A DNA stretch of 64,000 nt from Octopus vulgaris (GCA_951406725.2 OX597815.1:114266001-114330000), one strand, 5' to 3'; positions 39,441 through 53,761 are shown, numbered from the stretch's first letter. Notes: a model not told the origin generated them from the sequence alone. A program made the numbers and translations.

Positions 39441-41999
39441 TGAACAGTTTATTTTTATCTCACAACTTCCGGCTAAGACAGGCTGAAAAAGAAAGCTAAC
39501 AAAACTGTACAATGAAATTCCACATAAAACTCATTCTAATGAGTTAACGAAGGAATCTCTAATCTCTCAACGAGCTAAAAATAACAGCTAAACTCTCTCT
39601 CTCTCTCTCTCTAAAAACAACAAAAACGAATGACATATTGAATAATATAGACCAAGGTAAATTTTCACTCTTTCTGTGGTTCCAGTGTGTTAGCTATGGC
39701 TCTACTGGGACATCACTATTAAAAGTGTCTTAAGCCGACTGGCTTATGTCAATTCCGAGTTTCCAGGGCATATAAACGAAAATACAGGACTCCTTCCCCT
39801 TTACTTTGGATGGGGCTTCAGTCTGGTACAAGGCTACCCTGTCCCCAGTTAATGCTGGTACTAATTTTCAGTTGAGTGGTTGGTAACAATATGAAATATG
39901 CCTTGTTGAAGGACACAACGCGTCATCCGGTCCAGGAATGAAACCCACGCCCTTACGATCGTGAATCAAACACCCCAATCACTGGAATGCCCAGGCTTGC
40001 TCGTTCAGAGTTGACTTGGGACTAAATATCAGTTTACCGTAAGATCAATTATAGTAACCGAATAGTAAATACGAAAATGCACCGGAAAACCAGCCGAAAG
40101 ATCGGTGGTTCATGCCTCGTCAATGGAACTGGATTGTGCTCGTGATCGAATTCTATGTAGATGCTGCGAAAGGCCTCTGGAAGTGATTACGTCTCTTGGA
40201 CTGATAACGTGTCCTTGACATAAGCCTTCGAAACTGAAAAATGGTGGCAGTATGGCCAATGTAATAAGTGATTCATTGTTGTTTTGTTGCACCAAGTTCA
40301 TTTACTCCGCCTGGAAAAGCTATCACGCTCTAAAGGCTTTACTCTAGTTGACACAGCTATCACATAACCAACACATTGTTGGATTGCAGTACTTACTCAG
40401 AGAACTATAACAACAACACCTCGTGGCTCGAGCTAATGAGGAAGAGAGATGATCTCCAAGTAGTCGTTAATATGCTAAAAATAGCCGCCTAAATGACCAT
40501 GGGACTGCACCAAGAAAGTTCTCCTTCGAGCACTCCAGGGTACACTATGTTTGCAAGCATGATGGAATGGTAACAGCTGGAACGCCTTTGAACATAGGTC
40601 TGATCGATCAAAACTCACCCAAGGCTAATCAATAACAACGGCAATGAGCCTTTTTTATAAACACACCAAAACCAAAACAAACTTGTAACAGTTTTACTTA
40701 TGTCTGAAAATATACGAACGTCAGAACTTCTCAATCTCGTTGCTCAGTAGGTTCAATGACATAAACAAGAGTTGTCTTCCTAGTCACACAAACACCAAGC
40801 TCCTAATAAATACTTAAAACATTTGTAATATTGAACATTGATATATACATGTGCGCTACACACATTTAAGAAAGGTTAATAAAGAAAACTAATACAATTT
40901 TTATTTACTTAAAAAAGAAGTATGCTGTGCATTTTTGTCTCTCATTTGTACAATCTTTTGGTATTCGTATCCACTCATTAATCTGTTTGCTTCTTCCATT
41001 TCTGAGCATCTTTTTTCAGTGAAAACGGCAGATTTCTCTAAAAACTAATAAGCCTCAGACAAACCTTTAACTATAAAAGTTCAGAGTGTCATACGATCAT
41101 TGGCAACCTCGAATCGTAGTGCAGATTTTCTTGTTTAGGAACGTACCTTCATTTTGACATTCATTTTTAAAACAAGCTTGTCTCATATACCGTAAAAATT
41201 GACTGCAGCGTGTATCCCCAAGCATCAACAACGTTTTTCAATAAAGCTGAAAAAGCAGTTTTAGATTCTTCTTCGACTTTTGCAGGTTTTTCTGTTAGTA
41301 CGTTATGCAATTTCGAATGAAACTCTCAAACTAACCACGAAATTTTTTCACTTTTGGGGCGTCCTATGGGACAACCAAGACGAGATTTTTTCATTTTTAG
41401 CCCAGAAACAATTTTTTTAGGTAATCGAATAAATTTTAAGGTTCTATGACAAAAAACGAATATGGAGAGTTAATCTGATGCAAGCCCTCTATTTATGTGC
41501 CTTAAAATTTTGCATTTTTCTGCTATGCTGCTTATTCCTGCGAAACTTTGCTGTTGCTAAAGATTTTGAGCACAAAGTTTAATTTTTTGGTATTCTAATG
41601 AAGTATTCGCTTAGCTCTTGATCACTGACCAAAAGTTCTTCCAGTATCAACAGTTCATTGTCCATAGTTGAATCTCCGTAACACTTCTAATTTAGTTTTT
41701 ATACACATGTTTCTGGTGGTTTTCTTTTTTTACTAACAGGCAGATTGCAGTGGTGCAGAACGCGCATTTGACTGTCATTGCAACAGAGATAAATCAAGAA
41801 ATAAATATTTGCATTGCAAACATTGTAAGGAGTTCAAAACCACTCAGTTCAAAACCAAACAATAGTGAAAACTAGCTAGTTTTAAAAATGGAAGGCTTCG
41901 TAGTTTGCCATTCGACCGCGAGGCTTTAATTTGTAAACTTCCCCTTTCTAAACCTATTTATCTATTTGTCCTAATTTATTATAATTTTCATTAAAAGCC

Positions 42000-42110
42000 A
42001 TGTCTAAAAGGCCAGTAGAAAAGCAACTTGTTCGTGGGAAACCGAAGAGGCAACATTTTGTACTCAGTACGACGCAGAAAAAGTTACTTATGAAAATTTT
42101 AAGTGGATTA
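42000..42110 (+). mobile_element. Possible pogo/Tigger transposase N-terminal remnant
   Basis: MSKRPVEKQLVRGKPKRQHFVLSTTQK resembles the KRK..LS..QK start of CENP-B/Tigger HTH domains; the frame then breaks. Confidence 0.4.
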
Positions 42111-43672
42111 TTATAGATGAAACAAACCCTGCTTTAGAAGTGCCGTAATTTGTATTTTTTAAATGCGATTTCACACTCTACTTTTCGTTGTTTATTTTGT
42201 ATTTTAAGTATTGTCGCATCTTAAAGGAGTTGAATCTCCATGAAGCCGACATTAAGATTTTATCTTTGGTGGCGGTCGTGAATAAAGAAATTGAATAATT
42301 AGTATATTTATCAAGGTTTTGTTTATATTCCAGTGAATTACAAACCGTATCCGGTTATAATAAATAAACAGATAAATAAATAAATGGAAAATAAAATCAA
42401 ACAACAAGATTTCAGTGTGAAAGACGTACACTTTATGAGTTTTTATTGTGCAGTATTTGGTTTTGTTTTTATTTCTCATAACGTTGTAACGAAACAACGT
42501 TAAACAAAAGATGTTATAACAACTTAGAGGATAGACTGCCAGTAACTCCCAAGAGTCGATAGAAAAAAGTTATTGTAACGTAGAAATATAAACACAGTTG
42601 ATCACACTTTTCTCATAAAAAAGTTATCATTATACCCAAGGGAGGAAGAAAAATAAAAATCAATAACTTTTAGTTTAATCGTACACATTCGTTAAAAAAA
42701 GCTAAAAAATTGTCACACTGATTCGAATTTATGAATTCTTATGTTGGTAGAAATGGGAAATGTGCAATATCTTTTCTATTTATGGGTTTTGAAATCGTAT
42801 GTTATTACAATCATGATTGTTGTTTAGTTCCAAGTCAGTCCTTATAAAACACTATGGTTTATCCACCAACTCCTTCCTTTTTTTTTTAATTAATTCGGTT
42901 GCAGGTAATTAGAAAGAAATTTGATTGCTATTTTAAGTGGATCGAATGATCACATAGAGACTCCTTTGTTAGCTTGTTACAAATATAGTTTTATACCAAG
43001 GCAAATATCTTAACTGTCAATGTCCTGGTTTGTATCAGAGACATAAGCTAATAGGTGCATAATTCTATAATTATCTACCTTTTCCTCTGTCTTAACTTTT
43101 TGAGGACGTTGAGTGATAACATTAATAACATTAAGGTTAAGCTTAAGGTTAAGTGTAATGTAAAAGTAACCATCCTTTGTACGTTATTAAAACATGGGAA
43201 GGTAGGTAGTGACTTGGGATGGGAGATAAGCTACTGGCTAATCGATTTCTTATTGAAACCATTTCATTTCTCTTACGAGGAGAACTTGCGCAAATACCTA
43301 GGAACACATTCAGCATGAAAAACAAATGACAAGGTTGGTTCTAACATACTACTTGAAGACATTTTCATTGATCTTACATCTGTAATGAGTAGAAATTTAT
43401 TAGAGTAAATAGTCAGTTCTGATCAAAAGGGAGACCACTTCGAAAAGTTAATTAAAGGCAGAACGTGTGCAATACAATAGGAAGTGAGTCCGATCACGAC
43501 AGTACAAAAACGACTCGACGTCCCAAGAAATAATACAGTCCTCTAGAATTCCTTTTTACTCACGTTTCATGAATTTGTCGACCTGCAGATGTTGAGACTC
43601 AACATCAGCCGCTTCAGTCTCACTTGTTTGACTTAGTAGGCAAGGGTCACAGGTATAGTTCGTTGTTCTATA

Positions 43673-44853
43673 TATTGGGTCATCCATAAATATTGCGGTT
43701 TTTCCAATTGTAAGAGCCAAAAGTCGGAGGGGAACGAGATAAACTACCTACGTCAACTTGTTATAAAAGCAGGTAGTCATTTTACCTTGTAATTATGTTT
43801 AGTGCAAGTGTTGAAGAGTGCAGTTCGATTTTAACAGTTATTTTTTCAAAGCTATAATAGAAGTGAGAAAGGAGCGTATTCGGCATACTTTGCTTTATGT
43901 GTTCAATAAAGGCAACAATGCAACGGAAAGTGCGAGGAATATTAATGCAGTATATGGGGATCGGACAATAAGCGTAAGCCAGTGTCACCGGTGGTTCCAG
44001 AAATTCTGAGCCGGAAACTATAGCCTAGAAGATGAGCCTCGTCCTGGAAGATCTGTAGAGCTCGACGAAGACGTCCTGCGAACCTCGGTGAAACAAAACC
44101 CCATCGTAACTGTTGAGAAACTAGCAGAGAAGCTTGGATTTGATCGTTCAACCGTTCATCAAATTGGGTCAGTGGGTTCCTTACAAACTTTCCGAGTCTA
44201 ATCGCACGAAGAGAGTGACGAACCTTTTTTTAACTGAACAGTAACTAGTGACGAGAAATGGGTTCTGTATAAAAATGTCAAGTGCCAAAGACAGTGGGTA
44301 CGGAAAGGAGAAACAGCGGCACCCCAGGCTAAAGAAGGTCTTCACCCACGTAAGGTATTGTTATATGTTTGGAGGGATATGAAAGGTTTAGTCCACGTTG
44401 AACTTTTAAACCCAAACCAAACAATAACAAAGGAGATCTACTGCGAGCATCTTGAGTGGCTTAAGTCGGCGCTAGAAGAAAAATGACCATCTTTGGTTTC
44501 AAGACAAAAGGTGTTCTTCCATCAGGATAATGCTCGGCCACATACAGCGAGGATGACATTCTAAAGGTTGGAGAATTTGAATGGGAAACGATGCCTCAAC
44601 CAGCATATCATTTATTCTGCAGTCTTCAAAATCGTTTGCACAGAAACAGTATGAATTCTGTAGACGAGGTCAGAAGAGTACTGGAGAATTTTTCGACACA
44701 AGTGAATTTTGGAAGAGGGGTTTTGCAAGTTAGATAGATGTAGAAAATGAATGAGAATATATTTTAGATTATAAAAGAACTTAGTTTATCTTAATTTTGA
44801 AAACTATAAGAATTATAAATTAAACCCCGCATTATTTATGGGATGAACCAATA
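43673..44853 (+). mobile_element. Near full-length mariner transposon with pseudogenised transposase
   Basis: TIRs tattgggtcatccataaatattgcgg / ccgcattatttatgggatgaaccaata with TA flanks. Motifs IRHTLLYVFNKG, RWFQKF, LEDEPRPGR, WVPYKL, TSDEKWVLY, LHPRKVLL, HQDNARPH. Stops and frameshifts present. Confidence 0.93.
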
Positions 44854-44885
44854 TATTTATATGTGTGTGCGTGTGCGTGTAAATG

Positions 44886-45410
44886 AATAGAGGTCACTAA
44901 AATGACTAGCACCGCTTTTGCTATATATAAGAGCTAAACTAACTCAAAGCCACAACGCACTCTTATAAGTGACTGACAAAAGGAAGTAAGTCCCCAGCGT
45001 ACATAGCCGGATCGCGATTTCAGATTTTGATGTAAACCATCTTAATTCTCATAAGCGGCTCTGAACGCCAAGGGTTAAACTCGACTACTTCAGTCAGTCT
45101 TATAAGAAAAACTGTTGAAAACGTGTGCTAATTTCCCAAACGGTAAAAGTGTAGACAACAAATTAAAAAGGATGGCTTATTAGCAATTAGAACGTAAATG
45201 CACAAAAGCACTGAGAATTAAGATGGTCTACATCAAAATCCGAAAGCGTGATCCGGCTATGTACACTGGGGACTTACCTCCCATTGTCAGTTACTTAAAA
45301 TAGTGCGCTTGTGGCTTCGTGATAGTTTAACTCCTATCTCTAACAAAACCTCTAGTTTTAGTGACCTCTATTAATTTTGCCTGTAGGTTCTAATTGCTAA
45401 TCAGCCACAC
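44886..45410. mobile_element. Fold-back element with ~165-bp inverted arms and a permuted tail
   Basis: 44886-45051 mirrors 45212-45372. The tail gttctaattgctaatcagcca (~45386-45406) mirrors spacer tggcttattagcaattagaac (~45173-45193). Confidence 0.82.
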
Positions 45411-45426
45411 TTATTAATTTCTTTAT

Positions 45427-45460
<34 letters not shown>

Positions 45461-45484
45461 TATATATATATATATATATATATA

Positions 45485-45890
45485 CTTTATCTTTTGTTTC
45501 AGTCATTTTGACTGCAGTCATGCTGGAGCACCATCTTTTGTCGAACAAATCGACCCCAGGACTTATTATTTGTAAGCCTAGTACTTATTCTATCGGTGAC
45601 TTTTGCCGAACCACTAGGTTACAGGTACGTAAACACACCAACATCGGTTGTCGAGCGATGGTGGGGGGACAAACGCAGACACACACACACATGCACACAC
45701 ACACACACACACACACACGCATATATATATTCGACGAGCGTCTTTCGGTTTCCCTCTGCCAAATCCATTAACATGGCTTTGGTTGGCCGAGGCTATAGCA
45801 GAAGACACCTATCCAAAGTACCACGCAGTGGAACATTACCCGGAACCATGTGGTAGAGAAGCAAGTTTCTTACCACATGTCCACGCCTGC
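45485..45890 (-). mobile_element. SINE-type composite repeat with internal (CA)n
   Basis: tcagtcattttgactgcagtcatgctggagcacc...ggctatagcagaagacac...cccggaaccatgtgg. Confidence 0.8.
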
Positions 45891-45902
45891 GTATATTATA
45901 TA

Positions 45903-47140
45903 AACTTGGGGGTGTCCACCACAACACCTCACTCTTTTGAGATTTTTTTCTTCCTCTACAAAGAATTATTTTTCTCTTCAGAATGCCGCTTCTTTCCTTT
46001 TTTTCTTCCTATTCACCACCGTATACTCCTCCTCCACCTTCTCTGGACACTTCTCACATACTGGGTTCGTCGCTTCGGCATTTTGCTCCTGCTCGTCATC
46101 CTACTGTTGTTGTTCCTTTTCACCTTTATCGTCGTTCTGGGGACACATTGCTCTCCTATGTCCCTCTTACGCCACACTGGCAACAGGTTGGAGGTCTTCT
46201 CTCTACCACTACTCTCAGTTTCACGTCCTCTGGTAGTATTACCTCCTCCGCTATCTTACGCAAGTCTTGTAAACTAACTTGGATGGCCACTTCGAGGCCG
46301 TAACCCCATCAGTTTACCTCTTTCGTCCTCGTCACTTTCAACACTTTCACGTCCTCCATATTATACAGGATGGCTGCCACCAGTCACGCCTCCTCAATCT
46401 CCGGGGGTACTCTGCCAATCCTTACCCTGGCCACTCGTTTGCAACAGTAAGTCGGCAGAAGTACCCATTCTTGTGTCCTTTGCTTCTTGATCACTAGCGT
46501 ACCTTACCTCCACTGTGCCGTATTTCCTCCTTCTCGTGTAAAATGTTGTGAGGCTTTTTACCCCCTTTAAGCATTTCTCTATAGCCTCTACTATGGCTAT
46601 TTCTATTTTTTTCAATGCCGTGGACAGCGTTCTATACACCACTGTCCGTTTCATCACGCTCGCTGTTAAATTTTCTGGCGGTGCTAACCTCAAACTGGTT
46701 CCATCTTTCTCTGTGAGTCTGTTGAACTCCTTCAACTTCCTCTGCTCCATCTTTATCTCTCATACCTGCAACACGTCAGCCATCAAACTTCTGCCAGTGG
46801 CTGAAGCATAGCTGCCGGCTGGAACTGGTTCGCACTCCATCCTCTTCTTCTTGTCTACTTCACCCGTGACTGGGGAAGAAAACAATTGTAATTTCACAGA
46901 TAAAAACAGCAACAACAATTCAACAGGTTAACAATGCTATTCAACAAGTAAGTTCGCCCTTACGGGAGTCCTTCAACAAGTATATAACAATTTAACTCGA
47001 AGGGATCAAAAATGATTTTAAAAAACATCAAAAATACCTCGCGGACTGACACTGCTTACTGTGTCTATCCACTATTTATCAGTAATGGAACAGCCCCCTT
47101 CTCACTCAGGTGTGTTCGCCGCATCAGAAACCGTGTAGAA
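45903..47140 (-). mobile_element. Non-LTR retroelement 5'UTR + ORF1 (gag-like, CCHC zinc knuckle) remnant
   Basis: Minus strand ~46135-46202 reads RRPPTCCQCGVRGHRRAMCPQ (CX2CX4HX4C). Upstream ORF 46394..46750; downstream acidic/basic low-complexity segment. No endonuclease or RT follows. Confidence 0.75.
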
Positions 47141-48476
47141 ATCAGTCATCTATGTGTGTGTGTGTGTGGGGGGTTATGTTTACATCAATATAAACGAATG
47201 TTGTTTATGTTGTATCCGCACCTTAGCAGTTCGAAAAACTAGGGAACAGTAAATTATACACCTGACTGAAATAAGTACTGGTGCCAAAATGTAATGTCAC
47301 AGCTTCATTGAAATTCAATTTCTGAAATAAGTAATGCACCATGCGTGTAACAGAGTGAGGGTCGATTCAACAAACTATAACTTATTCTCCTATAAATGTA
47401 TGGCCTTGTGCAAATGGAAGAGAAGTCATTATTACAAAGAAGTTACTTTTTACACCCAGGTCGGTTCGAAATTCCACCCATGACAATCCTTTTCAGGTTT
47501 CACATATTTAATATTACGATGTCTAGAGAGGTTTCAGATATTTCTAAGACTGTAGGGAAATTTGTTTGCCATTTCTAGCAGATCAAGTGACAACGTAGAG
47601 GCTCTTCTGGAGGTAAGAGGCAATCTAATGTCGTGACCTACTTTAGTTTTTTGCTGTATTCCTTCTTCTTCCGCTGTCTTTCTCAAGGGTGTTGATGAAG
47701 ACATAAATGTCACGCAATACATTCGCCTCCACCTTATAAATTTGTGGTTTTATGTCTGAGAAATCATGATTAAAAAGTAGTGAGAAGCAAAATGAAAATT
47801 TTATGAAGCAAAGCAGAAAGAAACTTAACCAGTAAATCTGTTGGAAATGTTTCAACACCTTCAAAGTTTCTCAACGCAGACAAAAGCGCTGAAGGTGGCA
47901 GCCATACTGGTTAATCAGTGTTCTCACAAACCAAGACTCTGTCAATTGTAGTAGTTCAACGAACGATCCTCGAGAGAATAGAATGGACATTTTTTTGTAG
48001 ACAGTAAGATGTAAAACAATAAAACTACACTATAGCTAGGGAGAAAACTAATTAACAAACGGAAGATGGAGGGAAGGAGAGAGAAAACAGAAAGAGAGGA
48101 CAGTGAAAGAAAACAATTATTTTCTACGCCATTTAATTACTTTTCTATTTTGAGCCTGTTTTGAATTGTCATTTTTTCCCCCTTTTCCAAGTTTTTAATG
48201 TGTCGCTAAACAGGAGTCTGTCGTTTGTAAATAATTTACTTCAATAACTGCTCTCACCGCTGCTGCCAAAAATAAGTTAAGTAAACAATAGTTAAATCTG
48301 CCGTAGTTTCATAATGATTACTCAAGAAATGATGTCAGGAGACGCCCAACGGAGTAACTGACGAAGTAATCGAAAGATATAATTTATTTGGAAGTTAGTT
48401 TTGTACAGCTATCATTCTGCACTTTATTTTAAATAAAGAACAAGTAACTAAAAAAAAAAAAAACGAAAAAGAAAAA

Positions 48477-48795
48477 GGTCGACTTTGCCTTTCATCCTTT
48501 CCGGTTCGATAAATTAAGTACCAGTTACGCACTGGGGTCCATATAATCGATTTAATCCGTTTGTCTGTCCTTGTTTGTCCTCTCTGTGTTTAGCCCCTTG
48601 TGGGTAGTAAAGAAATAGGTATTTCGTCTGTCGTTACGTTCTGAGTTCAAATTCCGCTAAGGTCGACTTTGCCTTTCATCCTTTCGGGGTCAATAAAGAA
48701 AGTACCAGTTTCGCACTGGGGTCGATGTAATCGACTTAATCCCTTTGTCTGTCCTTGTTTGTCCCATGTTTAGCCCCTTGTGGGCAATAAAGAAA
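48477..48795 (+). mobile_element. Two tandem 5'-truncated SINE copies
   Basis: ggtcgactttgcctttcatccttt...agccccttgtggg.a.taaagaaata occurs twice (48477-48617 and 48661-48796). Confidence 0.88.
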
Positions 48796-50027
48796 TATAT
48801 ATATATTCCTAACTCCAAATGGCATTTTATTTTGCTGTAGCGATGGGACAAAATAGAGCGTTAAAACAAAATACAGATACTTATCTTAAACATATGAGAA
48901 AGACAAGTAATGAATTTCGACGTAAAAGAGATACAGAGCATCAAACTAGATACCGTGAAACATTTAATGTAACTGTCATTTATACTACAGATATTGTCTT
49001 TAAAATACTATGGATAGGAAAGCTGATAAAAAATCAATTAATTTCATTTTTATATATAGTTTTAAAGTATTACGCACGCACACACGCACTCAATCCTAAC
49101 CGCTTAAACGACTTAGAAACCAAGATAAACTCTGACCCTATGAAGCTTGTGGTATGTGTGTATACGTGTGTGTATATACACACCAGCAATATATAAATAT
49201 CACATAATACGCAAGTGCCTTACCAAGTGTGATAGAATTGTTGAGCACAGAATATAAAAATCAGGTCGTATGCAGTGATCATCTGTCGAATAGATTTCAT
49301 CCACAATTTGTGAGAAAGAGCATTTATGCATAACTTTTTAGAAATCCTCTTATCTATTCAGATTATAAAATTCACAATTTGCATCGAGAATTACTGCTGC
49401 TATTTGTTACATTAACAAGCACTCAAGAAATAACCTAGAAAATATTTGTATTTCTGGTAGAGAAATTAACCATATAATTTGTATTCTGAAAATCTTTAAG
49501 TGAAATATTAAAAATATGCAAGGTTGAAGGTTTGTGTATTTGTTAGAAACCATCACATTTTGTAAGAGAATTTAAAAGGATAAAAAAGAAGAAGCCATTC
49601 ACTTAACCAAAATAGCGATGATACAATATCGTTAAAGCAACATGATATGGACTGGGCCTGAATAAAACTGGACTGAAATTCTTGAAGAAAGAACTTAGTT
49701 CTTTAATTTATACGGTCAGACGATTATCTTATCTGGGGAGCTAAACATCTGTAAGATCTTAAAATTTAGGTGTTGCATAAAAGATGTCAAACTGAACAAC
49801 ACAACCTTATTTTTTACTACAGTGTCGCTGAGAGTACGAACAGTCAAAATGCTCACTCAGTATCCGCCCAGGAAGAGAACATATATAACTTAAAATTCAC
49901 ATCTGTTCTCAAGACTAAAGTTTGCTTCATGACAAAGCAATGTAATTAAACGATAAAAAGGAACAACTATTCTCCAAACATCTCATTGATCTAATTAAAA
50001 GAAACGAAAGCAGAAGGTCATACTTAC

Positions 50028-50333
50028 TTTTAAAAGTGTTGTCAAAATCTGCGACGGTTTTTTGGAATGTGAAAGACCTTTGTAAGTACGAATATGAGAT
50101 TTCTTTTCTGGAAGTTTTCGTAGATAATCCTTGTAAGAATTATTTTTGAGTTCTTTGTGTAAGTCTCGAAGAGGAAGCTTCCATTGTATTTTCAATATTT
50201 TGTTTTCTACCCAAGGGGTATATCTTATTGTTTCGTAGATCGTGATAAATGTTGATACCATGATTAGTAATATAATATAAAGAAATACGTCTTTTATGGA
50301 ACGGCAACTCAAGCGATAAGATTTTGTCTTCAT
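50028..50333 (-). CDS. Candidate first coding exon of a type II membrane (signal-anchor) protein
   Basis: ATG 26 nt after acceptor atactttcag| (50359). Basic N-tail MKTKSYRLSCRSIKD, hydrophobic VFLYIILLIMVSTFITIY, polar stem. 102 codons ending at consensus donor aaa|gtaagt. Confidence 0.55.
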
Positions 50334-50499
50334 TCTTTAAGTTTTATTGAGCAAATTACCTGAAAGTATTAAAATATAAACATCACTTTTTAAATATAAT
50401 TTAATTAATTAGATTGTTTAAACAATGGAGAGGGTTCAAAAGAAATAAGGTTAACTGACATTTAAGATCTTTGAATAAAACTATCTCTCTCATATATAT

Positions 50500-50907
50500 A
50501 TCTCTTATTATAAAAGGCAGATTTTATCTGCCTCCCTTTGTCTCTTATAGAAATCTACAATATAGGATTTCTTCAATTACAATTTACCTAGCATTTTTAA
50601 GAGTAGAATGCATCGGGTCTTGCCAGGTCCACTTTTTAAAATTTCAACCCCAATTAAGCAAAATTTAGAGAAAACTCACATTGTGGTGTATAAGTCAAAT
50701 GCTTCTCTTAGTGTGGGATACAGCACACGCAAACGCACACACACAGTGTGCAACGAATAAAGTGAAAGTAATTCACTTTTTGTAGTGAGTGACTCTTTCA
50801 CTCTACATTCCCACTTCCTATTTACACACATAGACACGCAAATATATAAATAAAATTGTAAGCTAACGTGTGTGTGTGTGAGTGTGTGTGCGTGTGCGTG
50901 TGTGAGG

Positions 50908-50945
<38 letters not shown>

Positions 50946-51993
50946 GCGTGAGTGTGTGACAGGAAAGTTTTTTAGGACGAATATAAGACCTATATCCAAG
51001 TAGCAGAAACATCGCCCAAAAGTGTATATAGATATTTAAATGTATTTATATATTCATCTATACACAGATGTATGTATAATGTGTGTGTATATATTTCCAT
51101 AGACGTAACCATTCACTCTGGACAAAGTTTTTAGGACGAAAATAAGATCTAAAGTTATCTCTAAGTAGCACAAAGATCGCCCAAAAGTGTATATAGATAT
51201 ATAAATGTATTTATATATTCATCTATGCACACATGTATGTATAACGTGTGTGTATATATTTCCATAGAGGTAACCATTCACTCCATACAAAGTTTTTTAG
51301 GACGAAAATAAGATCTAAAGTTATCTCTAAGTAGCACAAAGATCGCCCAAAAGTGTATATAGATATTTAAATGTATTTATATATTCATCTATACACACAT
51401 GTATGTATAATGTGCGTGTATATATTTCCATAGAGGTAACCATTCAATCTATACAAAGTTTTTTAGGACGAAAATATCTCTATATATAAAACTGTAATTG
51501 TGTGAGTGTCTGTCCCCTTCGATTTAGATTCCTAACTACTCTCACATTTTGCGGTGCAGTTTAACCAAATTCGGGTATCTTATAGTCGTGATTCATATCG
51601 AGCCCGTCTGAGTATTAGCGCGCGTCTACGATGAGTCTACGATTTTAAAAATAATTTAACATCATTTTTTATTCCATTTTAATGCATAATTTTTCGTGTG
51701 TCGATGGCGGCGGAGTTGGCGTCCACGCTCAAACACCTGCACCTGTGTTTGCTTCTCCCCCTTCTTCCCTCCCTCGTGAAGCTGTGGGGAAGGGAGTTTA
51801 AGGAAATCAACGTCGTAATGCGTTGTCAAGGAGACCAGCGTTCTTTTAGAACAACGACTTCATGGCTTGAAGACACCAAAACAGAAATGGCTAAGAAAGC
51901 CCGAATTGGCATCTATAAGGGAAGTAACTCTCTAAAAATGCTTATATAGTTATTTCCCTTACAAACCCGAGCAACGCCGGGCGATACTGCTAG
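50500..51993 (+). mobile_element. Non-autonomous Helitron-like element(s), two 5' ends and one 3' end
   Basis: 5' tctcttattataaaa (~50501) and tctctatatataaaa (~51477). 3' GC-rich hairpin cccgagcaacgccggg followed 9 nt later by CTAG|T (51990-51993). Confidence 0.75.
50964..51475. repeat. ~160-166-bp tandem repeat, about 3.1 copies
   Basis: aaagttttt(t)aggacgaa recurs at ~50964, 51124, 51289 and 51455 with near-identical units. Confidence 0.92.
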
Positions 51994-52546
51994 TATATAT
52001 ATATATATATATAACAACCACGTGTGTATATATAAACAAATTTACATTTGTTTTTATTGAAGCGTCGAATGTGTATTGTAAAATACAAAGAAGAAGAGAA
52101 GATCATATTTTTTTCTTCGAATGCAGTGTTGCCGTTAAAACAGCAGAAATAATGGGTAATATTACCCTTCCAAGGTGGAAAAAAGTTGTCAGCAAATAAC
52201 CATGAGAGTCGAACCCACAACCCTAAAAGACTCTGGCTGAGTGATTATTATAATGCAACATCAATCGTAGTGTTATGAATCTGGATTTGTAACTGATGTC
52301 TTTGTGCAGACACGACTAGATAACGAAGTTGTTTTAATATTTTAATATTACTTCACATCTGACGTGTAACACCATGCACCTGTACAGGCAATGTTGATTT
52401 GATATAGGAAGTGAGCTTATAAACAGTATAAATATTTCATTACTATAAACAAATCATCTGTGCAGGTTGTGCTGCTAGAAATTGCAGGACCGTCATCTGT
52501 CGTCTTCGACAAGAGAGATCATGATACGTTATATATATTTATACGC

Positions 52547-52820
52547 TTTTACTCTTTTATTTGTTTCAGTCATTTCACTGCGGCCATGCTGAAGCACTGC
52601 ATTTAATCGAACAAATCAACCTTACAACTCATTCTTTGTAAGCCTAGTATTTATTCTATCGGTCTCTTTTGCCGAACCGCTAAGTTAAGGGGACGGGAAT
52701 AAACCAGCATCGGTTGTCAAGCGATGATGGGGGGACAAACACTGACACACAAACAGGCTGTAGTAGAAGACACTTGCTAACCCAGAACCATGTGGTTGGT
52801 AAGCAAGCTACTTAACACAC
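52547..52820 (-). mobile_element. SINE-type composite repeat
   Basis: Paralogue of 45485-45890 with an internal deletion. Confidence 0.8.
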
Positions 52821-53761
52821 AGTGGTCAGTGGTATGAAGTGAAATTCTTGATTTATTTAATAATTTTCACATTGAGATAGGGTAAACATAACAAAGCAGC
52901 AACAGATTCCAAGTAGGATGGGGCGATAATTTGAACGAATGAACACTCAATCACCTGAATTTACATGGATTAAGGGGAAGACAAATCAGTTTTTTTTATG
53001 GCAACAAGAGGACAGCTATGAACTGGTGTTTCTCTATCAATAAGCGTCATCAGTGCATCCTTATTGTTGAAAATCCACGGTTATTTTGAAAACCATATAA
53101 GTAGAAAATTATGAAATACACATTTTCTTTTGAAACTATGTTTTCTGAACTGTTTGATACTGCACATTTGAAAATTATACTTTTTTGTTTTACAGTAGCA
53201 CCTCTTTTACTTTGATAACTGTCATCTGTTATTTTCCTTTTTATGCCAAGACGAGAACGCTGCTTAGAAAAAGTGACACACAGTAATCAATGATTAAAAT
53301 TATCGAACATATTTTGAAAGGAGCTTTAGACAGTTTTAACTAAAAAAAAATGAAAAAAAATGAATGCGTCTATATAAAATATTCTGCTGCCATACGACTA
53401 CGTTGTATCATGCTGTTGATAATGGTTACCTGCAACTGAAGACGTGCAAAATATAGAAATCATAATTTAGCAATTCCGTCATCACTACCGGACACTTTTC
53501 ATGTGCTACTGATATCTCTGTGCTTTTAGCACTATAGCTTCTAAATGATAAGCTTTTTCAATACGAAAAGGCTTTCTATCTACGTTAAGATTTTCAGAAT
53601 CATATATATATATATATAAATATTTCAATACGGAGCAAATATTTAAGGAGAAAATATTTGCGAAGATATTATTGACTATTATTATCTAGTGTAACAATTA
53701 AAAATGATAATAACAGAATCAATAGTATAGGCGATTGCAGCCCCCCCCCCCCCAAAGCAGA

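Noticed and set aside
50964-51475. Regularly spaced repeats as a possible CRISPR array
   Set aside because: Whole ~165-bp units are repeated with no unique spacers, and the context is eukaryotic.
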